From Macrostomum lignano (lineage: Eukaryota), in NCBI GenBank assembly GCA_002269645.1, contig NIVC01001647.1, positions 1-64,000 on the forward strand: 64,000 nt of DNA, read 5' to 3'. The notes below the pieces were generated by a model that searched no databases, was not told where the DNA came from, and saw only the letters and a program-made list of their open reading frames with translations. Shown here piece after piece: positions 11,911-23,648 of the stretch. The position numbers and the translations under genes are program-made. Numbering within the stretch: position 1 is the first letter of the stretch; every line of letters begins with the position of its first letter.

Positions 11911-13574
11911 TTAAATCGGCCTAATGCCAACCAGTTTTCTAAGCTGCTCAAAAATCATAAAAGTGATAACAGTGTGCGGCCCGATCCGCATCCAGTTCGG
12001 CACGAATCCTTTATAGAGGCCGGTCAGACCTTCGGTCCTGATGGCGGCAGCGGCGCAAGAGAACGCATTGGAATAGGCGGCTCCACGAAGGCCCACCGTG
12101 TCCTGGTTCATCACCCGGGTCTTCACTACATCCAATGGTGAGGTTGTGATGGCGCACATCAGCCCGGCGAACATGCTGGCTAGAAAGTGCAAAGGCAGGC
12201 CCTCTTTGAGCAGGCCTCTGCTCAGCATGGTGTGCTTGAAGTGATCGTAGGATGGCACCTGCATTGATGAGGGATCTTGTGTCTTAATGTGGAGTGCTGA
12301 CCTGACTCTGACTCTGACATCCTCAAAAACACCAAATCTGAATAAAACATACAATTGACCCATATAAGACACAAAATCTGACTGATAAACACACTAAATT
12401 TTACCTATAAACACAGCATATGACTAATAATAAACACAAAATCTGACCCATAAACACAAAATCTGACCTATAAACACAAAAACTGACCCATAAACACAAA
12501 AATGACCTATAAACACAAATAACGTGACTGATAATAAATACACTAAACCTAACCCATAAATACACTAAATCCGTCTCATAAAAAACACACTTAACCTGTC
12601 CCATAAACACACTAAATCTGTCCATAAACACACTAAAACGGACCCATAAACACACTAAAACTGACCCATAAACACACTAAAACTGACCCATAAACACACT
12701 AAAACTGTCCCATAAACACACTAAAACGGACCCATAAACACACTAAAACTGACCCATAAACACACTAAATCCGTCCCATAATAAACACACTAAATCTGAC
12801 CCATAGACACACTAAATCTGTACTATAAACACTAAAACTGAACCATAATAAATAAACACTAAATCTGTCCCATAATAAACACACTTAACCTGTCCCATAA
12901 ACACACTAAACCTGTCCCACAAACACACTAAGTCTGACCGATAAACACACCAATCTGACCCATAAACACCCTAAATCTGACCCAGCCTAACCCAAACCAA
13001 GCAGCAGACTGACCTGAGTAGCGGTGACAACAGCGGCCCGAGCTACAGTAGGCCCGATGCCTTTGTACAGCGCAGGCACGCCGCCCTCCGCATAGATACT
13101 AACAAAAGCGTGCCAGGTGCCGCGGTACCTGGCCCCGGACTCGAACGCCTGCATTCGAACTTTCACTAAATCCGTAGGCGTAGCCACAGCGCTACCCAGC
13201 ACGCCGGTGACAGCGCCCGAACAGATTTTCTTCCACAACGAGAAGTTGGCCGGATCGGTCTCCCCGAACAGCCGCTTGACAGGCTCGTACAGGCCCACCC
13301 GGATGGCCCCGTAGCCGCCATCGCGCATCATCGACGGCACGACGCCTTTGTACAGACCGCGAAGGCCTTCGTTGCGGACCACGGTGGCCAGGCCGCGAAT
13401 GAAACCGGCGTAGCGAGCGCTGCTCGTCCGGTTGGCTGCTTCGCCTTGGATCTGCAGGCGAATCTTCACCACGTCTACAGGATTGGTGACCACCGCCGCC
13501 GTCAGGTTGGAGCAGCCGGCCAGGCCCACCCGGACCCAGTCGCTTTCCGGCTGCTGCTGCTGCTGCGGGTTCAC
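11911..13574 (-). CDS. Mitochondrial carrier, SLC25 family (UCP/ucpB-like), about 300 aa, 2 coding exons; no in-frame ATG at the 5' end
   Basis: Exons about 13574-13014 and 12258-11911, phase-0 intron (CAG|GTCAGT ... TGCAG|GTG). Three carrier signatures: PVDVVKIRLQ, PTDLVKVRMQ, PLDVVKTRVM. C-terminal GFVPNWMRIGPHTVITFMIFEQL. The subfamily is inferred. Confidence 0.9.
12355..12985. repeat. About 22-bp minisatellite (CTGACCCATAAACACACTAAAA) filling the SLC25 intron
   Basis: Direct periodicity. Confidence 0.9.
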
Positions 13575-13590
13575 GATAATAGCAGCACCG

Positions 13591-14350
13591 TATCAATCTA
13601 TCAGCCTAGCCGTCTACTAAATATCAACTTATCAATCTATCAGCCTAGCCGTCTACTAAATATCAACTTATCAATCTATCAGCCTAGCCGTCTACTAAAT
13701 ATCAACTTATCAATCTATCAGCCTAGCCGTCTACTAAATATCAACTTATCAATCTATCAACCTAGCCGTCTACTAAATATCAACTTATCAATCTATCAAC
13801 CTAGCCGTCTACTAAATATCAACTTATCAATCTATCAACCTAGCCGTCTACTAAATATCAACTTATCAATCTATCAACCTAGCCGTCTACTAAATATCAA
13901 CTTATCAATCTATCAGCCTAGCCGTCTACTAAATATCAACTTATCAATCTATCAGCCTAGCCGTCTACTAAATATCAACTTATCAATCTATCAGCCTAGC
14001 CGTCTACTAAATATCAACTTATCAATCTATCAACCTAGCCGTCTACTAAATATCAACTTATCAATCTATCAACCTAGCCGTCTACTAAATATCAACTTAT
14101 CAATCTATTAACCTAGCCGTCTACTAAATATCAACTTATCAATCTATCAACCTAGCCGTCTACTAAATATCAACTTATCAATCTATCAGCCTAGCCGTCT
14201 ACTAAATATCAACTTATCAATCTATTAACCTAGCCGTCTACTAAATATCAACTTATCAATCTATCAGCCTAGCCGTCTACTAAATATCAACTAATCAATC
14301 TATCAAAATAGACATTTACTAAATATCAACTTATCAATCTCAACTTATCA
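13591..14350. repeat. 39-bp minisatellite (TATCAATCTATCAGCCTAGCCGTCTACTAAATATCAACT), about 18 near-identical copies
   Basis: Direct periodicity; begins immediately upstream of the SLC25 coding start. Confidence 0.95.
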
Positions 14351-14696
14351 ATGTATCAAATGCTAACTTATTAATATATCAACTCAGTTCATCAATATTA
14401 AAAAGTTAAGACCAGTCAGAGTAACTGATTGGTAAAGAAATATTATAAATATAGTTTATATTTTAACAGATTAGAATTAAAAACTCTAGTGATCATCTCG
14501 TTTTCATTGAATTAGGCTTCTTTACGAGTAAATGCCAAAACAAATGTATGAAATATCCAGAAATAAAATTAGCATTAAAACACGCAGTGAGACAGTAGTT
14601 CTTATGCGCTAATTAATAGTTAATTTGTAAAATTATAAATTTTTTACTTGCAAAATTAACCACCTTCCAACGTACAAAACAATGGCAGTTCCCATC

Positions 14697-15115
14697 AACC
14701 AATCAAAAAATCGCTGCAGTTCTCTCTATTCTCCCAACCAATCAGAGAATCGCTGCAGTTCTCTCTATTCTCCCAACCAATCAGAGAATCGCTGCAGTTC
14801 TCTCTATTCTCCCAACCAATCAGAGAATCGCTGCAGTTCTCTCTATTCTCCCAACCAATCAGAGAATCGCTGCAGTTCTCTCTATTCTCCCAACCAATCA
14901 GAGAATCGCTGCAGTTCTCTCAATTCCCCAACCAATCAGAGAATCGCTGCAGTTCTCTCTATTCTCCCAACCAATCAGAGAATCGCTGCAGTTCTCTCTA
15001 TTCTCCCAACCAATCAGAGAATCGCTGCAGTTCTCTCTATTCCCCCAACTAATCAGAGAATCGCTGCAGTTTTCTTGATTCTACCAACCAATCAGAGAAT
15101 CGCTGCAGTTTTCTC
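14697..15115. repeat. 39-bp minisatellite, each unit carrying an AACCAATCAGA (CCAAT box) word, about 11 copies
   Basis: Unit CCAATCAGAGAATCGCTGCAGTTCTCTCTATTCTCCCAA. Confidence 0.9.
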
Positions 15116-15141
15116 ATACCGCTTTGAATTTCCAGCTCTAA

Positions 15142-16967
15142 CTAACAGTTCCCATCCTGCTCAGTGAGCCGCAGCCACTCCAGTAGGGCCATCTTGGTCC
15201 CGGTACTAACCCGGTTCTTGGCGTCAGGCCTGCAGCTGAGCAATTGTGAAACCTGTACCGGAACCTCGGACCTATCCAGAGACCAGCTGGGTACCGTTTC
15301 CTCATCTGGAGTTTCTTCTCTGCTATTCTGAAAATTGGAGGGGATTGCGCTGTTGGTGTGTTGCTTTATTACTGTCTCTTACACTTCCAGATCTCCGACT
15401 CTTCGTGACTTTCTGTCACTCTTCATGACGTTCTGTCACTCTTTGTGACTTTCTGTCACTCTTTATGACTTTCTGTCACTCTTTATGACGTTCTCTCTTC
15501 ATGACGTTCTGTCACTCTTCATGACTTTCTGTCACTCTTTATGACGTTCTGTCACTCTTCATGACGTTCTGTCACTCTTCATGACGTTCTGTCACTCTTC
15601 ATGACGTTCTATCACTCTTCATGACGTTCTGTCACTCTTCATGACGTTCTGTCACTCTTCATGACGTTCTGTCACTCTTCATGACGTTCTGTCACTCTTC
15701 ATGACGTCCTGTCACTCTTCAGCATGACCTTCACTAATTTACACTCTCGCTGTCTCAGCAGACAAGCCCTAGTCGCAGAAGTGCAGCACAGCTAACCTGA
15801 CGATCGCCATCATTGGCTAGGCCGTCGCTTTCTTCAAGCAGCAAAGTGCCGCCGATCCGCCTGGCCAGCCGGCGGTCAATCCAAACCAGCCGGTCCACCT
15901 CGCGCGGCTCCGGCTTGGCGGCCGAGGTCAGGCTAGCCGAAGACTCCGACAGTCTGGCGTGGAAGTACAGCACCAGATGGTGCCTAGCAGGCCAGCCAAT
16001 GTCCAGACTGGCCGGGAACACGGACTCCCAGGCCGACCTCCTCTGCCAGCTCTCTGGCCGCTGCCTGTGCGGCGGTCTCGCCGAGATCCAGATGACCGCC
16101 TGGCGGCACCCACACCTCCGGGAAGGCGGACATGCCGGCCGGGCGCCTGGTGAGCAGCAGGCGACCGTCGCCAGATTCCAGCAGTATAGCGGCTGCGGCC
16201 GCTACGCGAGTAAAACGACGGCGGGTGTCAGCAGCGTCGGGCTGGCAAGGGGGAGCATTCAGCAGGGGTGGACTGTGGTGATCACTCCTCTCTGTCTCCC
16301 TATTGTTAAACTCCCCGCCAAGTATCTGATAAACACCTTTTGCTTAATTGTTAAACTCCCCGTGTCATAATTAAACACCCCCTCTCTCTCTCCATTTTTA
16401 AACTGCCCTAGAAAGCTTAAACACACGACACCAATAAACTACCTAAGAGGCTTAAATCCTCATTGTTAAACACCCTAGCCCAATAGGCTTAAACACACCA
16501 CACTGCTAAACTACCCTAACTCAATAGGCTTAAACACAGCACACTGCTAAACTACCTAAGAGGCTTAAACACAGCACACTGCTAAACTAAGAGGCTTAAA
16601 CATCCCTTGTTAACCCTCCCACTCACACTCCCCCTAGCCACCAGACCCCTGGTTGCAGCCGCACCTGAGCGGGAGGCTGCAAACCGACACCTTCGGCAAT
16701 CTTGGCCACCGGGCAGTCGGCAGGCCGGTGCAGCTCTGTGTGATGCGTTGACGTCGCCGAACTGTCAAGCAGTCCAGCGTCGATAGATTCGCAAGTCCGA
16801 GCACGAAGCGGCGACAGGCAGACGCGATCCGGCAGCAGGTCGATGGTCACCTGAGCTGAGCGGCCGGGCCTTCGGGCTCCAGGCGGAGCGCCAAGCCGGC
16901 GCACGCAGCCCAGCAGTGATTCAGCAAAGCCCGGGTAGCGGTTCTCGGCCGGGCAGTACACGAACAT
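15142..16967 (-). CDS. NUDT17: NUDT17-like Nudix hydrolase, 3 exons; frameshifted with an apparent deletion just after the Nudix box as assembled (possible pseudogene)
   Basis: Exons 16967-16665, 16241-15797, 15327-15142. Motifs LHRPADCP, ILLESGDGRLLLTRR...VWVPPGGHLDLGETAAQAAARELAEEVGL (Nudix box), WESVFP...HHLVLYF, RVSTGTKMALLEWL match NUDT17. Exon 2 is 445 nt (3n+1) and changes frame near 16030. Confidence 0.85.
15405..15720. repeat. 20-bp minisatellite (TTCTGTCACTCTTCATGACG) in NUDT17 intron 2
   Basis: Direct periodicity. Confidence 0.9.
16355..16615. repeat. Degenerate repeat (GGCTTAAACACAGCACACTGCTAAACTACC) in NUDT17 intron 1
   Basis: Recurrent CTTAAACAC and CTAAACTACC words. Confidence 0.7.
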
Positions 16968-17037
16968 GGGGACTCTGCGTAGGCGGAGCCACAGCAACCG
17001 GGTTTTAGCGGCAGGTCGGTGGGGTTAGAGTGCAGCC

Positions 17038-17510
17038 GATGGGTGTTTAAAGGGGTTAGGGCTGCAGCTGATGGGGTGTTTAAAGGGCTTAGGGGTGCAG
17101 CTGATGGGGTGTTTAAAGGGGTTAGGGCTGCAGCTGATGGGGTGTTTAAAGGGGTTAGGGCTGCACCCGATGGGGTGTTTAAAGGGGTTAGGGCTGCAGC
17201 TGATGGGGTGTTTAAAGGGCTTAGGGGTGCAGCTGATGGGGTGTTTAAAGGGGTTAGGGCTGCCGCTGATGGGGTGTTTAAAGGGGTTAGGGCTGCAGCT
17301 GATGGGGTGTTTAAAGGGGTTAGAGGTGCAGCTGATGGGGTGTTTAAAGGGGTTAGGGCTGCAGCTGATGGGGTGTTTAAAGGGGTTAGAGGTGCAGCTG
17401 ATGGGGTGTTTAAAGGGGTTAGGGCTGCAGCTGATGGGGTGTTTAAAGGGGTTAGGGCTGCCGCTGATGGGGTGTTTAAAGGGGTTAGGACTGCAGCTGA
17501 TGGGGTGTTG
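17038..17510. repeat. 33-bp minisatellite (GATGGGGTGTTTAAAGGGGTTAGGGCTGCAGCT), about 14 copies
   Basis: Direct periodicity; source of the repetitive ORFs at 16847-17540. Confidence 0.95.
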
Positions 17511-18259
17511 AGGCGTGTGGGTTCAACCAACGATATATAGAAAGAAAAAGGAATGTTTATTTTCGTAAAAATGTATTAAAATGTTGATTTCATACTTTTT
17601 CTGCAGATTTTAAATTTACGTTTTAAATTTTAAGCAAAAATAAAACAAACAAACATACAACACTACTCATAGTGGCAAACAGAAACGAAGACAAATCACT
17701 TGCTACAATTAATAAAGTCTATATCGATTTTTAATAGCCTTATTTCAGAGTCCTATACAACAGTGAATATATAGACTATATATATTTCTATAATAGCAGA
17801 ATGTTGACAGAAAGAGTGTAAAACTGGATTTTAAAAAGAAACACAAAGACGCACGCAAAACTGCAATGTTTAACAGCAGGAAATTAATAAAAGGTCAACG
17901 CTGAAGTCACAATACGGAAACATTTAGATCTAAAGGATAATAGACACACAGATTGAGTGAAAATTTGCAAATATAATCCTTATAACAGTTGCGTAAGTAG
18001 TTTAGTTAGGGCAAAATATGGCCAGCACGAGAAGCCCGTCAATCAATAGGTCGAGACGGTTCCTAATTCAGCTATTACATGGTCTAAAAGGACACGTTCA
18101 CGTGTATTATTATAAATATGCTTATGTCTCTAACCATAATACAACTTTTTGTTCTTATCTGAATACTATTAGTGAGTTAATAGTTGCGATTAACTGACCT
18201 AAGATTGGGACACTCAACCTAGGATATTCAGACTCCATTCTAATGTTGTGATTCCCCTT

Positions 18260-18500
18260 GATAAAATTAGGATTCCCCGCACCAAGATTGGGATTCCCCG
18301 TTCTAATATGGGTATGCCCGTCCTAAGATTGGGATTCCCCGTCCTAAGATTGGAATTCCCCGTCCTAAGATTGTGATTCCCCGTTCCAATATTAGGATGT
18401 CCGTCCTAAGATTGGGATTTCCCATCCTAATATTGGGATTCCCCGTCCTAAGATTGGGATTCCCGTCCTAATATTGGGATTCCCCGTCCTAGATTGGGGT
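18260..18500. repeat. About 21-bp minisatellite (GATTGGGATTCCCCGTCCTAA)
   Basis: Direct periodicity downstream of the centrin stop. Confidence 0.85.
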
Positions 18501-18685
18501 TCCCGGGTTCTGTGCGGTGAAAATAGGATTTTGGCTTAGAGCTAAAGCCTATCAGTGACTAAAAAGCTTAGTGAATCTTTAAAAAAACAAAAGCAACAAA
18601 TCGAGTAGGTCTATGGTCCAATAAAAACGTAGGAATAAGCCAGATAAGCACTACAATATAAATTATACCAAGTATACAAAGCAGC

Positions 18686-20276
18686 TCAATACAGGCTGGT
18701 CTTCTTCATAATCCGCAGAAATTCCGACTCGTTAATCTCGCCGTCGCCGTCCCTGTCGGCTTCGTCGATCATCTCCTGAAGCTCCTCGTCTGTGAGATTC
18801 TCGCCCAGCTCCTTGGCAACGCGTTTCAAATTTTTAAACGAAATCTTGTCAGTCTCGTCGTCGTCGAATAGGCGGAAGGCTTTGAGAATCTCCTCCTTCG
18901 AGTCTTTCTCCGTCATCTTGCTGGTCATCATACTTAGGAAGTCGTTGAAGTCGATGGTGCCTTCGTGGAGGAAGTCGGGTTTCGTTAATTAATACAATGT
19001 AGAAAATTTAATTGTGAGAGCTCATAGAAGAAGATAGAACAGATGGAACATCATCAGGTACTCGTCCAGCACATGGAAAATTGTATAAGAACACCTGGGG
19101 AACATGAGAACACCTGGGGAACACATGAGAACAGTGGGGAACACATGAGAACAGTGGGGAACACATAAGAGCAGTGGAAAACACATAAAAAGACCTTGGG
19201 AACACAAAAGAACACCTAAGGAACACATAAGAACAGCTAAGGAACACATAGAACACTGGGGAACACATGAGAACACCTGGGGAACACATATGAACTGCTG
19301 GGGAACACTTGAGAACACTGGGGAACACATAAGAACAGTGGGGAACACATGAGAACACCTGGGGAACACATATGAACTGCTGGGGAACACATGAGAACAC
19401 TGGGGAACACATAAGAGCAGTGGGAAACACATGAAAAGACCTTGGGAAACACATGAAAAGACCTTGGGAACACAAAAGAACACCTAGGGAACACAAAAGA
19501 ACACCTAGGGAACACATAAGAACAGCTAAGGAACACATAGAACACTGGGGAACACATGAGAACACCTGGGGAACACATAAGAACAGCTGGGAACACATGA
19601 GAACACTGGGGAACAGATGAGAAGACCTGGGGAACACAAAAGAACACCTAGGGAACACATAAGAACAGCTGGGGAACATAGAAACACTGGGTAACACATA
19701 AGAACAGTGGGGAACACATAAGAACAGCTGGGAACACATGAGAACACTGGGGAACAGATGAGAAGACCTGGGGAACACAAAAGAACACCTAGGGAACACA
19801 TAAGAACAGCTGGGGAACATAGAAACACTGGGTAACACATAAGAACAGTGGGGAACACATAAGAACAGCTGGGGAACACATGAGAACACCTGGGGAACAC
19901 AGTATTAATTGACAGGCTGTCTACCAAACGATTAAAAAAAGTAGCACATGTCGGCAACTAGACTGAGGCCTACAGTCAACCTGCCCACCCCACTGCAGAA
20001 TGAATCTCCTAATAAAAGCTCGAAGAAGCCCTCACCTGTGCCTTCCTTGTCGTACTCGGCAATCAGCTTCTTAATCTCTTCTTTCTTGGGCTCGAAGCCG
20101 AGCGCCCGCATGGCCACCTTCAGTTCCTTGATGTCGATGGTCCCGGAGCCGTCGTTATTAAATAGGTCAAATGCTTCGCGAATCTCCTGCTTCTGCTCCT
20201 CGGACAGCTCCAGCTTGATGCCGGCCGTCTTCTTCTTCTGGCCGCCGCCAGGGCTTGGCTTCTTGAAGGTCGACAT
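18686..20276 (-). CDS. CETN2: Centrin (centrin-1/2 type EF-hand protein), 171 aa, 2 exons
   Basis: Exons 20276-20036 and 18960-18686, phase-1 intron (G|GTGAG ... CACGAAG|GC). Protein: MSTFKK...[17 protein letters not shown]...[17 protein letters not shown]...[17 protein letters not shown]...[24 protein letters not shown]. Confidence 0.93.
19085..19900. repeat. About 21-22 bp minisatellite (GAACACATGAGAACACCTGGGG) filling the centrin intron
   Basis: Direct periodicity. Confidence 0.9.
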
Positions 20277-20280
20277 GAAT

Positions 20281-20580
20281 GAGACAGCAATGAGTACAGA
20301 CAGCAATGAGCACAGTCACAGACTGCAATGAGCACAGACTGCAATGAGTACAGACTGCAATGAGTACAGACTGCAATGAGTACAGACTGCAATGAGCACA
20401 GACTGCAATGAGTACAGACTGCACTGAGCAGTGAGCACAGATTGCAATGAGACAACAATGAGTACAGTGCTTAAACAGTACAGACTGTAATGAGTAGACT
20501 GTAATGAGTACAGACTGTAATGACAATGAGTATAGACTATAATGAGACAGCAATGAGTAGACTATAGAGAGTAGACTATA
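20281..20580. repeat. 16-bp minisatellite (GCAATGAGTACAGACT) directly upstream of the centrin ATG
   Basis: Direct periodicity. Confidence 0.9.
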
Positions 20581-21769
20581 ATAAAATAGCATAGGTAAAA
20601 TACAGCTCTTAGCTGTATCATATTGTTTAATAGTTTATATTGTCTAGATTGTTTAATAGTTTTAATGACCTATGATAAACTTTATTTGACTTAGCTACAA
20701 GGGGTTTTAGGTATCTACTATCTAGATGCAGCAAGGAGGCATTGCTACCCCTTTTGCTAACCCCAAAACCTATGATAAAATTAGAAAGAAATAGTATGTT
20801 TAGTATAATTTTTAATCTTTTATATGATTTTCATATTATCTTATATTAGTATATTAATAATATTTTAGACCAAAACTAGCAAAAAATAAAACATTAAAAA
20901 ACTATTTCTTATTTTTTAAAGTAACTATTTAAAAAACTAATAAATTTAAATCTTATATACTAAACTGAGTTGTTAGTGTGTGTCACAATTGATTTTAGAA
21001 AAAATATGATTCTATTGTCTAAAGTATATATTTATGATAAATTGAAACAAATGTGATTGAATTGAAAAAAAATAAAAAATTGTAATGTTTCTAGACTAAC
21101 ATATGTGTCTAATACTTTAGAACTAGACTTTTTGAATTTTAAAAAGAACATGTATATAGCAACAAAGATATAAATATAGAGAAATCTATTAGCTTATGGT
21201 TTTGTCATGTAGATAGAAGATAGGCCTATAAAATAGCATGTTATAAAGTTGACTAGACAGCCATTGCTATTATAGTAGATCAAATGTCCACAAGAGGTTA
21301 CATTTTAATGTTTATATAAAATTTAAGTAGGGTACATTGTTTAAGGAAAGTTAGGAGAATGAAAGCAAAAACAAGCATTTGCATATTGTCTTTCTTTATT
21401 AATAAATAATATCAAATTAATTTTATTTTATATGACATATTTTGCTTTTGCCAAACAATTGGCATCTTCAGGCAATTATCTAGATGCAGAAAGATGATGA
21501 ATTTTTAAGTCTATTAAGCCAATATGATGCAACCATGGGTAGCAAAGTTAGATAGCCCTGAATGAGAGAGAGAGAAGCAAATGCATAGGTTTGAACACGA
21601 ATTGATATTACTAAAGAAAGAAAACATGTTGTATTTATTTTTGGGACTTCTTAAACTTTAGGTAGATAAAATAGTTACAATTTTGATAGGATCATAATTT
21701 TGTCTCTATAAGGGTTTTTTATGGTGCTGATTTCAAATTTGAGCTTAATTTTTTTGTAGCTTAAAGCCA

Positions 21770-22390
21770 ACCACCGGGACATTGGGAATGGGGGTTTTTA
21801 GGGTGGGGAGAATCTTCATGGAAATTGATTTTATCTACTTAAAATTCAATAGAGACATGAGGATCTATTGAAGATTAGGTAGGTAAATTCTAAACCTAAA
21901 GGGGGGTCTAATGAGGGGGGAATGGCCAATAACTACCAACCATTAGGACATGGGGAATGGGGGTTTAGGGTAGGGAGAATCTTCATCAGGATTGATTTTA
22001 CCTACCTAAACTTCAATAGAGGCATGGGGGTCTATTGTAGATTAGGTAGGTAAATTCTAAACTTAAGGGGGGTCTGATAAAGGGGGGATAGGCCAATAAC
22101 TACCAACCATTAAGACATGGGGAATGGGGGGTTAGGGTAGGGAGAATCTTTATCGGGATTGATTTTACCTACTTAAACTTCAATAGAGGCATGGGGGTCT
22201 ATTGTAGATTAGGTAGGTAAATTCTAAACCTAAGGGAGGTCTGATGAGGGGGTTGGGCCAATAACCATTAACAATTAGGACATGGGGAATGGGGGTTTAG
22301 GGTAGGGAGAATCTTCATCAGGATTGATTTTACCTACCTAAACTTCAATAGAGGCATGGGGGTCTATTGTAGATTAGGTAGATAAATTCG
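21770..22390. repeat. Tandem repeat of about 166 bp, about 4 copies
   Basis: GGACATGGGGAATGGGGG recurs near 21777, 21947, 22114 and 22278. Confidence 0.85.
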
Positions 22391-23170
22391 TGGAGACTGA
22401 AGGTTCTAGAGTGAAATGTAATGAAGCTTAAATAAAAACTTTCAGCAAGTTATCAAACACTTCCATCAAGAAAAATTATAATCTTATCAAATTAATTGAT
22501 ATCACTTCAGCAGCTATAATTACCTTTCAGAATAGAGAAGATAATGCAGATTAGTAGAAATTAAGTATAGGTAAACATTTAAAGAATGTACAGCTAGTCA
22601 CAACCATGAGAGAACAATAGCGAATCAAAAGCAGGAGGCAAGGGCAGTGGCAAACCGTGAGTGAGCATTTTTTAAAAACACTAATTTGACATAGCACTTT
22701 TGGTACACTATAACAGACTGAGTGAAGATAAATTAGAATAGACACTCCTTTTATTGGAGTTAAAAATCTAACCTCTTAAATGTTTTTTACAATAAATTCA
22801 TTAAAATTTTAGACAATATTTACGTTTGAGAGCCATGATTCTAAAAAAGTTTAATTTTCAAACATACAATTCTCTGAAACTGCTTGCATCAAATTATCAT
22901 TAATTATATAGGGGATTAACAAATTGAGCTCCTGTTAACTCTGACAGTATTTTTTTGCAGTTTTCTTTGCTTTATTATCATTTTGGACAGCCTCTAAGAC
23001 TCTGGCAAAAGTTTTAGCAAAATCGGAAAATTGGAAGTATTTTACATACCTAAAGTTCAAGAAGTCCTGTTTCTGCTTAATATAAAATAGTATTAATCCT
23101 TTTAAAAAAACTAACACAAATCAATTTATTTTTTTGGGCATTGCATTAAAATATGAATAATATACAAATT

Positions 23171-23648
23171 CTAGGCATTTCGGCAACAGTTAATTTTGGC
23201 GACACGGAAAATGGTGACTTTGGCAACAAGCAATGTTAAATTCGGCAAAAAGTTTCTCTTTCACTTTCACAAATCACTTTCTATGGCTATTTATTTAGTC
23301 TTTTTATTACATTCTTATTAATATAACCAATGCGTCTATACCCTACCATAACCGCCTTCTGCCTATAGCCTACAAAATACTTTCCCTTTTTGTTAAATGT
23401 AACAAACAAGTGTGCTCTGACAAGCAATCCGACAATCTCTTGGTGAAGAGACTGACCAAGTGTGTGAGCAAGCCCCATCACCAAGGCGGCTTCGTCACAG
23501 TACGATCTGCAAATCCAATCCTATGAGAACATTTACATATACTGTGGTTTTGTTGACGAAACGTACTTGTTGCCAAATTTAACATTGCTTGTCGCCGAAG
23601 TCACAATTTTTCATGTCGCCGAAATCAACTGTCGCCAAAAAGCCTGGC
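23171..23648. mobile_element. Non-autonomous DNA element (MITE-like), about 480 bp, with imperfect TIRs of about 80 bp
   Basis: 23171-23253 (CTAGGCATTTCGGCAACAG...AAGCAATGTTAAATTCGGC) is the reverse complement of 23563-23648. No coding capacity; no clean TSD. Confidence 0.7.

Noticed and set aside
17038-17510. Telomere-like TTAGGG
   Set aside because: Only one TTAGGG per 33-bp unit; not a telomeric array.
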